Virus record (IMG/VR): IMGVR_UViG_3300028045_000001
Span: 62,001-126,000 of that record
Direction: 5' to 3' (one strand)
DNA: 64,000 nucleotides
The number at the start of each line of letters is the position of its first letter. The stretch's first letter is position 1. This document shows positions 1 through 9,210 of the stretch, piece after piece. The position numbers were made by a program, and so were the translations under genes. The notes under the pieces were generated by a model. The model was not told where the DNA came from. It ran no database searches and was given only the letters and a program-made list of their open reading frames with translations.

Positions 1-80
1 GACATTACTGCAGTATTCGAAAGACTCATCGGCGTATTGCACGCAGACAACATTTAAATGTTGTGCTATTAAACTTACCT

Positions 81-114
81 ACTGACACGAGTCTCATATG
101 AGACTCGTGTCAGT
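81..114. repeat. Perfect 34-bp loopless palindrome (centre CATATG); likely terminator/cruciform
   Basis: ACTGACACGAGTCTCAT|ATGAGACTCGTGTCAGT, checked base by base; intergenic, 20 nt upstream of a TTATATATTAC motif. Confidence 0.9.
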
Positions 115-134
115 GCAGGTCATCATCATTTCAT

Positions 135-145
135 TTATATATTAC
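135..145 (+). promoter_or_regulatory. Putative early (virion RNAP) promoter motif TTATATATTAC
   Basis: One of 8 exact intergenic + strand copies; resembles the phiKZ early promoter core TATATTAC; upstream of AAGGAG + ATG 195. Confidence 0.7.
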
Positions 146-194
146 TATTATGTATATACGTCACTTATATTAATTTTAACATAAGGAGAAAATT

Positions 195-548
195 ATGGAT
201 AAACTTGCAAAAGCTATCGTAGAAAGCACTAACGAACTATTTGGTCCAATGGCCGCTTTAGATAGAATGATGATGCTGGAGATAGCCACTTTAGAGACGA
301 TAAAGGACACTCACATTAAGGGGGGCAGAGGATATGCGGGCGTAATTATGCCTACAAATGAATTCGGCGAGACAGCAGATATCATACTCGACCGCTCGGA
401 CGCGCTTCTAAATAGTGAATATTGTCTTAAACTAAGTAGATTAAAACAAAAAGCTGTGTTGGATTTTTTGCCAAAGATACAAGCTTTTCTTGATGAGGCT
501 GCGACACTATCTGATGAGGTAGAGAATCTTTTAAACAAGTTTAAATAA
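195..548 (+). CDS. Hypothetical protein (117 aa)
   Basis: ORF with AAGGAG RBS directly behind promoter motif; no family recognised. Confidence 0.75.
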   Translation: MDKLAKAIVESTNELFGPMAALDRMMMLEIATLETIKDTHIKGGRGYAGVIMPTNEFGETADIILDRSDALLNSEYCLKLSRLKQKAVLDFLPKIQAFLDEAATLSDEVENLLNKFK

Positions 549-578
549 AGGGTGCGAATAGATCACAAGGAATGAGTA

Positions 579-836
579 ATGGGAATCGTAAAGGAAAGTA
601 AAGCACTTCTATTTAAGTTAGATGATAATGCGATAAAGATCAGAGATATATTAATGCGGGTCTGTAAGGATAAAGAACAGTATCCGGACTCTTGTAAGGT
701 ACAATCCGAACTCGAAGAGATATATAGGCAAATCGCAATAGAGAGAGATGATCTACTGGACTTACAGCGTGAGATATCTGAAAGACTGACTACCTTAGTA
801 CAGTGGCATAGATATGGATTTTCAAAGTACGAATAA
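579..836 (+). CDS. Hypothetical helical protein (85 aa)
   Basis: Co-oriented ORF in same apparent operon; no family recognised. Confidence 0.6.
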   Translation: MGIVKESKALLFKLDDNAIKIRDILMRVCKDKEQYPDSCKVQSELEEIYRQIAIERDDLLDLQREISERLTTLVQWHRYGFSKYE

Positions 837-863
837 AATGAATTAGCTGAGGAGGGAGGTGCC

Positions 864-1955
864 ATGAAAACAGACACTAACGCGTTCATAACAAAGTGGG
901 AAGGCGAACAGATCGAACTGCCGTTAGATCCAGATGGAACATATGACTTCACAGTAGATTGGGGAGATGGTACATCGAACCGCATAACCGAGCATGATCA
1001 AAAAGAAATTATACATGGTTATGAGGATGGCCAGGTAGCGCATGAAGTAGTTATATCGGGAGTTATAGAAGGGTTTGGGTATAGGGGTCTCCATATGCAC
1101 GATTACGAGTTAACTAAAGGCATATTACTCGATGTCCTACAGTGGGGAGATGTTAAGTTACATAATAGAGGGAGTCAGTTTGACCATTGCACAGAACTAA
1201 AAGGCTTCAGCGCTAAGGATGTTCCAGATTTATCTAATGTCACTAATATGGGTGGGATGTTCTATGGAGCTTCATCATTCAACCAAGACATCTCTAACTG
1301 GGACGTAAGTAATGTAACTGATATGATAGGCATGTTCGGTTACGCCACATCATTCAATCAAGACATCTCTAACTGGGATGTGAGTAGCGTAACTGACATG
1401 GGTGCGATGTTCTCTGACACTTTACGCTTCAACCAAGATATCTCCGATTGGGATGTTAGTAACGTTATTGGCATGCACAGTATGTTCCATAACGCTACCT
1501 CCTTCAACCAAAATTTATCTAATTGGGATGTGAGTAATGTGGGTGATATGGGATTTATGTTCTATGGAGCTACATCCTTCGATCAGGACATATCTAACTG
1601 GGATGTGAGTAAGGTTACTTATATGGGATTTATGTTCCATGGAGCTACCTCGTTCAACCAAGATATCTCTAAGTGGAATGTTGGCAATGTCACTAATGTA
1701 GACTGCATGTTTCTCAAAGCTTCATCCTTCAACCAATCCATCTCTAACTGGGATGTGAGTAATGTTACTAGTATGTCGGGTATGTTCGCTAAAGCTTCAT
1801 CCTTCAACCAAGATATCTCCAACTGGGATGTTGGAAATGTTACTAATATGGAGGGCATGTTCGGTGAGGCTTCATCCTTCAACCAAGACATCTCTAAATG
1901 GAACATCAGTGATGCTGCTGCTGACACATGTAATATATATGGCGATAAATCATAA
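864..1955 (+). CDS. BspA-like / DUF285 leucine-rich repeat protein with N-terminal PKD-like domain
   Basis: About 9 tandem 25-aa repeats of type FNQDISNWDVSNVTxMxxMFxxAxS; N-terminal FTVDWGDG motif; GGAGG RBS; no signal peptide evident. Confidence 0.9.
   Translation: MKTDTNAFITKWEGEQIELPLDPDGTYDFTVDWGDGTSNRITEHDQKEIIHGYEDGQVAHEVVISGVIEGFGYRGLHMHDYELTKGILLDVLQWGDVKLHNRGSQFDHCTELKGFSAKDVPDLSNVTNMGGMFYGASSFNQDISNWDVSNVTDMIGMFGYATSFNQDISNWDVSSVTDMGAMFSDTLRFNQDISDWDVSNVIGMHSMFHNATSFNQNLSNWDVSNVGDMGFMFYGATSFDQDISNWDVSKVTYMGFMFHGATSFNQDISKWNVGNVTNVDCMFLKASSFNQSISNWDVSNVTSMSGMFAKASSFNQDISNWDVGNVTNMEGMFGEASSFNQDISKWNISDAAADTCNIYGDKS
1265..1905 (+). repeat. 75-nt period tandem coding repeat (DUF285 units)
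   Basis: Recurrent TTCAACCAAGAxATCTCTAACTGGGAxGTxAGTAA units at 75-nt spacing; boundaries approximate. Confidence 0.85.
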
Positions 1956-1958
1956 CAT

Positions 1959-1990
1959 CATAGAGACGGCATTAGACTGCCGTCTCTATG
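1959..1990. terminator. 13-bp stem hairpin after DUF285 gene
   Basis: CATAGAGACGGCA-ttagac-TGCCGTCTCTATG just after the stop at 1955. Confidence 0.7.
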
Positions 1991-2009
1991 AAACCCAGTA
2001 TTTTTTTAT

Positions 2010-2020
2010 TTATATATTAC
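2010..2020 (+). promoter_or_regulatory. Putative early promoter TTATATATTAC upstream of gyrB-like gene
   Basis: Exact motif copy, intergenic. Confidence 0.7.
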
Positions 2021-2133
2021 TTACATGAACCCAAAGGATAGAGGGTAGCACTCTTAATTTTTATGTAGTAATTACATTATATATGTATTGAGGTAATATT
2101 TAGTATTTTAAACGGCACGCATTGGAGAACAAA

Positions 2134-4563
2134 ATGGCAAATAATGAGATAGCAGATTACGGGATGGATGACATTGCGGACTACTCTGACAATAACTTAC
2201 TCGGGATAAGGGTATCGCCGACATCTGTTCTTGGAGAGCTTGGTCCAAAGGGACAGGTATTATGTGCCCGAGAAGTGATTGATAACAGTGTGGATGAGCA
2301 CGTGAAAGCAAAGGTCGCTGTCCCTATAAAAGTATGGATACACGAGTATCGTGGTGGGTATGAGATCAAAGTACTGGACTTTGGTAGGGGCATACCTCCT
2401 GAGGGACTTGAGATAGTAGCAACTAAATTATACACCTCTGCTAAGCAGGGTGGCACTGCTTACGGAGGTGCTACAGCCGGTACATTTGGTATAGGTCTTG
2501 TTGCATCGGCAGCCGCATCCAGATTGTTTTATTGTATTGCTATGAGAGAGGGGGAGTATGCCAAGATAGCGATTGAAGAAGGCAATACCAAAGAGTACAT
2601 CCATGATACGAAAATGGGATTTACACAAAGTGGCACTTACACCTTCATACAGTCGGATCCAAAAATATTTGAGGACTGTGATGAGTTTATTGGTGGTGAG
2701 GGCGAGAAAAGATTAATGGAGTTCTTACACTTCATTTCTGCAGTGTCTCCAAAACACCTACAAATAGAAGTTTATAAATCAAAAGGTAGGCGGACAACCA
2801 TAAAAGACTTACTTGCAGATACTTCAGATGTATTGCGCCAATTCGAAATACCTCCAAGAGCACAAATAATATTTAAAACCAACCCAGACGATACAATGAA
2901 GGAGTATGTCCAACAATATTATGGGATCAGGCCAGAGAATACACTTTTCGATATAACTGAATTGAAAAGGGAGCTTACAGATACTGGCGACATGGGATTC
3001 AATGTAAGTTTTGTAGTAGCCAATAATATGCGGGCCCCAGTACAAGTAATGTCGGCAGTCAACCGTGTATTCATGCGACTCCAAACCTCGGATCACATAA
3101 CTGTATTTTTAAGTACGATCAAAGAAATGGTACTACCCTATATAGACGATGAGGACATTGGAATATTCTTTAGGTCACAATATAGACTACCCATATACCC
3201 ATCAATACTTGTTAATTTAAGGGAGGTCAAATTTGTAGGAGCCTCAAAAGAAGGATTCAAAAGTAATAAATTTAGGGACCGTTACAGGAATGCATTGATA
3301 GAGTGTTTCAATACCCTTCCTGAAAAATGGGAAGAGCTGCATGAAGTATTAAAGGACGACATAGACACTAAGTATAAAGCATTCAGTAAAACAATAGTTC
3401 GCCACAAAGGTTTGAATAATGTATTTGAACATTTGAATAAGCCAAAGAACTATAAGGGTTGTCGAAGTAAAGACAGTCGAATTATAGAATTATTTCTTAC
3501 TGAAGGAAACTCTGCCGGTGATGCATTAAAGACATCACGGGATTCCACCACACAGGCACTGTATTATTTAATGGGGAAACCTGTAAATGCCCTGCAGAAA
3601 AGTAAATACGATGCCGATGAGATATATCAAGATCTTAAGCAGCTAATAGGTGTCGAATCGCATGACGCTACACTTGACAATATGTCGTTTAATAAGGTGC
3701 TCATACTGGCAGATGCCGATGCTGATGGACTGCACATCACAACGTTACTCATAAGTATTTTTTACAAGATCAATCCATTGATTATATCTGAGGGAAGGGT
3801 AGCTATCTGTAACCCGCCATTGTATTCGTTCTCGGTTGGCAACAAGACTTTATTTATGAGGGATGAAAACGCTAGACGCGACATGTTGATAAAGTTAGTG
3901 TATGCTCCGGCGCTGGATATTTTTATACAGACTGGGGATACGGTCATTAAGTTAGAAGGAGACAGCTACAGAGACCTATGCTACATGGTATTGAACGTCG
4001 GCACACGTATAGAGAATGCTGCTAAGATAGTGACTATGGACCCATCTTTGATGGAGCTATTCGCACCAGTAGTAGAGTTACTGAACCCAGATAAGATAGA
4101 CATAAAGGGACTCCAGGAGTATATTGAACTGCCTCTCAGTTATAACGAGATTGATAAAGCTATCATCATAGATATGCAGGATGGCTCCGAAAAAACAATA
4201 CCAATTAATAATTTATACGCTCAATTAAAGGAGGAAGTTTGTCCAGTATTGGATTCAATAAATGCAAAGTACTTTAATTTGTCTGTAACTACAAAGCAGA
4301 CCGATTACTACGAGGATCAACAGGTGACCTTTGTGTATCTACTCGGGCTATTTAAGTTGCTCGATAAGCAGGCAATTATATCTAGATTCAAAGGGATAGG
4401 GCAATTGAATCCCGATCAAATCGGACACACTTGTGTATCTCCAGCGACGCGATCCATAATAAATATATATGCTATAGGGGATGTGGAAAAGATAATGGCA
4501 TATCTTGGAGAAGACCCTTCTATTAGAAAATCAATAATAGAAAATGTTGATGCAATAATTTAG
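2134..4563 (+). CDS. gyrB: Type IIA topoisomerase subunit B (GyrB/ParE-like)
   Basis: GHKL motifs EVIDNSVDE, DFGRGIP, GTFGIG; TOPRIM EGNSAG, GKPVN, DADADG; C-terminal RFKGIG; ATG 2134 follows GGAGAA (ORF track starts at TTG 2122). Confidence 0.9.
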   Translation: MANNEIADYGMDDIADYSDNNLLGIRVSPTSVLGELGPKGQVLCAREVIDNSVDEHVKAKVAVPIKVWIHEYRGGYEIKVLDFGRGIPPEGLEIVATKLYTSAKQGGTAYGGATAGTFGIGLVASAAASRLFYCIAMREGEYAKIAIEEGNTKEYIHDTKMGFTQSGTYTFIQSDPKIFEDCDEFIGGEGEKRLMEFLHFISAVSPKHLQIEVYKSKGRRTTIKDLLADTSDVLRQFEIPPRAQIIFKTNPDDTMKEYVQQYYGIRPENTLFDITELKRELTDTGDMGFNVSFVVANNMRAPVQVMSAVNRVFMRLQTSDHITVFLSTIKEMVLPYIDDEDIGIFFRSQYRLPIYPSILVNLREVKFVGASKEGFKSNKFRDRYRNALIECFNTLPEKWEELHEVLKDDIDTKYKAFSKTIVRHKGLNNVFEHLNKPKNYKGCRSKDSRIIELFLTEGNSAGDALKTSRDSTTQALYYLMGKPVNALQKSKYDADEIYQDLKQLIGVESHDATLDNMSFNKVLILADADADGLHITTLLISIFYKINPLIISEGRVAICNPPLYSFSVGNKTLFMRDENARRDMLIKLVYAPALDIFIQTGDTVIKLEGDSYRDLCYMVLNVGTRIENAAKIVTMDPSLMELFAPVVELLNPDKIDIKGLQEYIELPLSYNEIDKAIIIDMQDGSEKTIPINNLYAQLKEEVCPVLDSINAKYFNLSVTTKQTDYYEDQQVTFVYLLGLFKLLDKQAIISRFKGIGQLNPDQIGHTCVSPATRSIINIYAIGDVEKIMAYLGEDPSIRKSIIENVDAII

Positions 4564-4602
4564 TTACGTTATCGGAATATAGGTTTCTCAATATTACAAT
4601 AG

Positions 4603-4613
4603 TTATATATTAC
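4603..4613 (+). promoter_or_regulatory. Putative early promoter TTATATATTAC
   Basis: Exact motif copy between gyrB stop and next ORF. Confidence 0.65.
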
Positions 4614-4662
4614 TATATAGATGTATCATGGCATACTTTTTAGAGAGAAAGGTGGTATAATT

Positions 4663-5052
4663 ATGGAACCAGAGTCGGCAGCGGAGTTAAGGAAGCGGGT
4701 CGCTATATTGGAGCGATCTACAGGACCTCAAATTATACAAAACATTGGACAGTGTCTCACCGGCAATACGTTGAAACAGTTGGCGGTATCTATTCTAGAA
4801 CGAAATAAAATAGGGGTGACTTACTTTAGATCAAAGTGCGATGAGTTATTTAGACAAGAAGGAATACGGAACAATAGAAGACGGAGTAGTCTAATATATA
4901 ACTATATAGATATGCTCAAAACTAAGCCAAACATCACTTGGCCAAAGTTCATACATTTGTTGATGTATTTGGATTTTAAATTACTGAAGGTTACAATCGA
5001 GATAGAAGTAGATGGAGAGGCGCAGACCCATGTAGTTGAGTCAGACGAATAG
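4663..5052 (+). CDS. Hypothetical basic protein between topoisomerase subunits
   Basis: ORF track 4621..5052; ATG 4663 preceded by AAAGGTGG; C-terminal ITWPKFIHLLMYL segment reminiscent of a phiKZ-like hypothetical family (recall only). Confidence 0.7.
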   Translation: MEPESAAELRKRVAILERSTGPQIIQNIGQCLTGNTLKQLAVSILERNKIGVTYFRSKCDELFRQEGIRNNRRRSSLIYNYIDMLKTKPNITWPKFIHLLMYLDFKLLKVTIEIEVDGEAQTHVVESDE

Positions 5053-5068
5053 TTATTAGGCGGATGCA

Positions 5069-5108
5069 TCAGACAGCGCCTTGATTCATCCATCAAGGCG
5101 CTGTCTGA
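5069..5108. terminator. 17-bp stem hairpin
   Basis: TCAGACAGCGCCTTGAT-tcatcc-ATCAAGGCGCTGTCTGA, 16 nt after the stop at 5052. Confidence 0.7.
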
Positions 5109-5209
5109 AGGCTATAGAAATTAAGAAGCATCGCCTTGTATCCCGGCAAGATGTCACTCTAAAATTAAAAAAAATAAATATTGTTTGATTCAAACTTGGA
5201 GACACTCGT

Positions 5210-7435
5210 ATGAAAAAAGAAGGACATGGATTTTTAGGACTAACTGACGATGCGACGTCATCTGACGTAATAGAACAATTCAGCATCGAGTATATGTTGT
5301 CCCTATTGCAACAGCGAGCCAGACATGGGATCGATGGCCTGTCAAAGGTTCTAAGAAGGATAATATATGTTGTTCACGCAGTCAATAAAAAGAAGAAAGT
5401 CTATAATCATACTGGCATGGTCATGGATTATCACCCATCAGGTGACAGTAGCATAAGTGACGCTATGACCAGCCTCATGCAGCCATGGGTAAATGCTATC
5501 CCATTGTTGGACAATCAAGGCGGTATAGGTAGCTACAGTGGAAGCAGGGCTGCTGCAAGTAGGTACCTAGAGGGCATGGTATCCCAATTCACAAGGGACG
5601 TATTCATAACCCCATCCTTTAATAAAACATTGACTATGATACCGGTATCTGGAGAAAAGCTATATGAACCAGAATACTTTATACCGAAAATTCCAACTGC
5701 ATTTATAATGGGGTCTAATGTAACTGCAAAAGGATTTCGAACTAAATCGCCTCAGTATAATTTTAACGACGTGTGCGAATTAGTTAAATATTTATCAGAG
5801 CATATATTGGAAAAACAGACCGATCTAACGGATGAGCATCTTGATGAGATGGCTAAGTACCTTATCCCAGACCCACCGTCGCACGCCCATCTAAGGAATA
5901 GGCGGCAATTATTGGCAGGTATAAAGGAGCGAAGGTTTGATATCCCATTGGCATTCGATGGGCATTTGGACATAAGTAGGTCCTCTGTGATCGTCAAGAG
6001 CATACCGCCTGGATACTCCTTCGTTAAAAATGTCGATGACAAACTCAAAGACCTTATCAGAGATAAGAAATCCTGGCTATGGCCGATACAAGAAAACTAC
6101 AATGATGAGACCGATCAGAGGTCCTCTGTTATGTGGGCAAAAGCCCGGATAGAATTAAAGAGATCGGCGGATGTGTTTGAGCATTTGCATTCATTCAAAT
6201 CAGCCGTAGGGTTCTCTCAAAATAATGTTTATAATTATAAATGGCTATATAGAGGACAACTTAGGGTTCTTAATCCAATAGAAATGCTAACGCTCTGGGC
6301 TAAAGAACGAATGAGCAACATTGGCTCGGAGTACACTCATTCAATAAAAACAAAGATTGAGGAGAACAGACGGTTAAAGGCACTGATAAAAATACAAGGC
6401 CACACCAAGGAAGTTATTAGAATCATTGAGGATAGCGAGGACACAGTTGACGCAAACAAAGCGCTAGCTAATAAATTCGAGATATCTGTGTATCAGGCGT
6501 CCGCTATAACTGCGATGCGAACTGGGCAACTAACCAAACGAAGTAAGGCAGTGCTCATGGAAGATGAGAAACAATCCGTGCGCTCTATAAAAGAACTAAA
6601 TAATGCATTCAAACAAATACCAGAACGGATGTTCCAGGAAGCGGACCAATTGCAAAATAAGTATAGTGGGAGAGCGGGCAGAAGGACCAGTTTTTCTAAT
6701 TTCAGTATGTATGTACAAATATTCAATAGAACGAGTACAGGATTCATCCAGTTGTACAGCATGGATGAATTAAAAAAGAAGTTTGTTGATTTCAAGGGAG
6801 TGCCTATGAATATAGGTAGTTTTTCAAAAGGTCGAGATTATAAGTACATTCTGGTAGACGGATCAGTTATAACTGAAGTTAAAAAAGACTTGCCGAAAGA
6901 ATCAACTGGCGTGCTGGTAACCAGTCCCAATAAACTTATGTATACGGTTAAGCTGAGTGATGGTACTATATGTTATTTAAATAAACTATATGCTATTGAA
7001 AATGGAACGTTGGTTTCTGACAAAGTATTATTGGTAACCAGAAAGGGAACCCTAACTGAGACAGCCACTACTTCGCTCCCTCTTAGGAAAAGTGCAAAAG
7101 CAGTCGGCAATATGACCGATGTCAAGCATGTTGCCAATGTCCCAGGAAAACAATATTATGTCGTTTATGTTGACCCAAAAGAAAAGAATGTAATACGGGC
7201 CACTATGGTGACGACACCACAGGGCAGTATAAAGCAAGTTTCAGTACGAACAAAAATACTGGCTGTGAATAAAATGACTCAACCATTGATGGTGACACTG
7301 CCATCAGACGTGATAAATAGACTCAGTACAAACCACATCTATATAAGTGACATGCGCCCAAGATTTGATAAGTCTGCCCACATCGTAATCGATGTTAAAA
7401 AATTAAAGAAGAAAAGATCACTATTGATTGGTTAG
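5210..7435 (+). CDS. gyrA: Type IIA topoisomerase subunit A (GyrA/ParC-like)
   Basis: DGLSKVLRRI (canonical DGLKPVxRR), YHPSGDSSI (YHPHGDxxI), catalytic AAASRYLE (AAAMRYTE), coiled-coil QAxAI..MR, ~240-aa beta-rich C-terminal region. Confidence 0.88.
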   Translation: MKKEGHGFLGLTDDATSSDVIEQFSIEYMLSLLQQRARHGIDGLSKVLRRIIYVVHAVNKKKKVYNHTGMVMDYHPSGDSSISDAMTSLMQPWVNAIPLLDNQGGIGSYSGSRAAASRYLEGMVSQFTRDVFITPSFNKTLTMIPVSGEKLYEPEYFIPKIPTAFIMGSNVTAKGFRTKSPQYNFNDVCELVKYLSEHILEKQTDLTDEHLDEMAKYLIPDPPSHAHLRNRRQLLAGIKERRFDIPLAFDGHLDISRSSVIVKSIPPGYSFVKNVDDKLKDLIRDKKSWLWPIQENYNDETDQRSSVMWAKARIELKRSADVFEHLHSFKSAVGFSQNNVYNYKWLYRGQLRVLNPIEMLTLWAKERMSNIGSEYTHSIKTKIEENRRLKALIKIQGHTKEVIRIIEDSEDTVDANKALANKFEISVYQASAITAMRTGQLTKRSKAVLMEDEKQSVRSIKELNNAFKQIPERMFQEADQLQNKYSGRAGRRTSFSNFSMYVQIFNRTSTGFIQLYSMDELKKKFVDFKGVPMNIGSFSKGRDYKYILVDGSVITEVKKDLPKESTGVLVTSPNKLMYTVKLSDGTICYLNKLYAIENGTLVSDKVLLVTRKGTLTETATTSLPLRKSAKAVGNMTDVKHVANVPGKQYYVVYVDPKEKNVIRATMVTTPQGSIKQVSVRTKILAVNKMTQPLMVTLPSDVINRLSTNHIYISDMRPRFDKSAHIVIDVKKLKKKRSLLIG

Positions 7436-7441
7436 TAAGTT

Positions 7442-7470
7442 ATGTTTGGTCTCTACACGAGACCAAACAT
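7442..7470. terminator. 12-bp stem hairpin after gyrA
   Basis: ATGTTTGGTCTC-tacac-GAGACCAAACAT. Confidence 0.65.
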
Positions 7471-7504
7471 GATATACAGTTAATTTTTTACATGGAGCTA
7501 CTAT

Positions 7505-8170
7505 ATGACTTCCAAACAAAAGAAAATGATAGATTTTTTATACAAGGAATATCTTAAGGTTGACCCAAGTGGTGCTAATGCTAAGAGAATAAAAGCTAAG
7601 CTATCCGCTATGGATAACTCACAACTTGAGAAGTTTATGAATGGTCTAAAAAATAAAACGGAGATGCTCGATCTTGAATGTCCAAACATGAAAGTCAATC
7701 TACAAATAAGTGACCTATTAAATGGAATAGAGTCATTAGGGGTTGAGTTATTTTCAAGGCTTCAATTAACAGACCCCATAGCGAATAGACCATACCTAAC
7801 GAACGAGAAATTTATGGTGCTAACTGTTCCAGTTAGACGAGCTGGCATGCAGAGCCTCCGATTAAAAATGAACTTATCTGAAAATGACAGACATGTCGAT
7901 CAGGCAACTGGACAAGTTATAGGTGATGATAAGGCGGCTAAGGTGTCGTTTCCTGAGGCACATGCTCTGAACGCCAAGGGCCTCGGGGTTGTATTAAAAG
8001 AAGTAATGAATGTTAGGGGTGGAAATTTCCACTCTTGGGCACAAATGAAAACACTATTAGAAGAGACTGGAGAGTGCAACCTTAGTGAGATAGTCCCAGT
8101 ATCCAGAACTCGAAGTGTCGTAACAACTAAAAATCTTATGCTTGGTTTACACTACGACGTTAACCTATAG
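7505..8170 (+). CDS. Virion RNA polymerase beta C-terminal subunit (phiKZ gp149-like)
   Basis: DQATGQVIGDDKAAKVSFPEAHALNAKGL aligns to the RpoB C-terminal SLVTQQP..GQRFGEMEVWALEAYG region; RGGN motif; size typical of gp149. Confidence 0.75.
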   Translation: MTSKQKKMIDFLYKEYLKVDPSGANAKRIKAKLSAMDNSQLEKFMNGLKNKTEMLDLECPNMKVNLQISDLLNGIESLGVELFSRLQLTDPIANRPYLTNEKFMVLTVPVRRAGMQSLRLKMNLSENDRHVDQATGQVIGDDKAAKVSFPEAHALNAKGLGVVLKEVMNVRGGNFHSWAQMKTLLEETGECNLSEIVPVSRTRSVVTTKNLMLGLHYDVNL

Positions 8171-8181
8171 GGGAGGTCGCT

Positions 8182-9081
8182 ATGTCTGCATTATTTACGA
8201 CGTCTACTACTAAGTCTGTATCTAAAGAGATACCGGATACCTCATTTGGAGGTGCTGCTTCAAAAAAAACAGTAGATGAAAAGGGCCCGGCTTATGTCAA
8301 GGCCATGTCAGAGAAATCCGACACACCTATAAAATCCGATAAAGACATATCCGTGGCTAAGATTAAACTGGCCAAGGAATACGCGGATAACAAAATAACT
8401 TCAACTACAACCACTATATCCAGAAAAATAGATACGGTAAAGTCAAGTGTAAGCGATGGTGTGAGCGTCGTGATAGATGGCGAGCACAGTCCAATTAAGG
8501 CCGCGCTCGATTTAAAAAGGTCGCTGGTGTCAAACATACAGAGTGCTTGCGAGGGAGCCAACGATCTAATTGGAAATATGATCAATGGGATAAATACTAC
8601 TTTGAATCAGTTGCAGTTCGATGATATCTTTGATGACGTACTAAAAGATATTAATTTATCTGATCTATTGGAAGTTCTCTCAAAGTGTGTATTCTGGGCC
8701 AAGTCACACTCAGTAAAATTGGCCAGTAGTGCAGAGGAGTTCACTAAACTTGGAGATGTAGGTACATATAAAAACATACTAAAGGCAGGCGTTGTCCTTC
8801 CAAGTGGGATTGATCGAAAGTGTAAGAATAACGTGATCAATAAGCCAGCACCAGGAAGGACAAAATCTGAACACGTTGCGGATGTGGAATCGGCGTTCAC
8901 ATCGACAGGTGATACTACGTCCGAATTTTACAAGACAACGTCAGAAGGCATTAGCACAGTCCAAACTGATATCTCCTCCGATACATTCGATATGGACAAA
9001 ACGGACATAGACGTGGCCTTGCTGTTTGGGGATGAATCCACCATTAAAATGGCATCTGCTATAAAACAACAATACGTATAA
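8182..9081 (+). CDS. Hypothetical S/T/K-rich protein (299 aa)
   Basis: GGGGAGG RBS, 11 nt after RNAP subunit stop; no family recognised. Confidence 0.75.
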   Translation: MSALFTTSTTKSVSKEIPDTSFGGAASKKTVDEKGPAYVKAMSEKSDTPIKSDKDISVAKIKLAKEYADNKITSTTTTISRKIDTVKSSVSDGVSVVIDGEHSPIKAALDLKRSLVSNIQSACEGANDLIGNMINGINTTLNQLQFDDIFDDVLKDINLSDLLEVLSKCVFWAKSHSVKLASSAEEFTKLGDVGTYKNILKAGVVLPSGIDRKCKNNVINKPAPGRTKSEHVADVESAFTSTGDTTSEFYKTTSEGISTVQTDISSDTFDMDKTDIDVALLFGDESTIKMASAIKQQYV

Positions 9082-9085
9082 CTGA

Positions 9086-9120
9086 ACCACTATCCCTCTC
9101 CAACGGAGAGGGATAGTGGT
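9086..9120. terminator. 16-bp stem hairpin
   Basis: ACCACTATCCCTCTCC-aac-GGAGAGGGATAGTGGT. Confidence 0.75.
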
Positions 9121-9141
9121 GTATTCTCAGTTATGTTTTAT

Positions 9142-9152
9142 TTATATATTAC
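9142..9152 (+). promoter_or_regulatory. Putative early promoter TTATATATTAC
   Basis: Exact motif copy upstream of AAGGAG + ATG 9211. Confidence 0.7.
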
Positions 9153-9210
9153 AATTATGAAAAGCACGTATTGATTACTAATCACACCTTTACAAAAAAG
9201 GAGAACTGCT

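Noticed and set aside
1265-1905. Regularly spaced DNA repeats resembling a CRISPR array
   Set aside because: The 75-nt period is in frame and encodes DUF285 protein repeats; there are no unique spacers and no cas genes
864-1955. Diversity-generating retroelement target
   Set aside because: No reverse transcriptase or separate template repeat in the window; repeat variation is not evidently adenine-specific
3850-4380. Possible intein in the GyrB TOPRIM region
   Set aside because: No Cys/Ser start or His-Asn end and no LAGLIDADG motif; size and position fit the Gram-negative GyrB insertion
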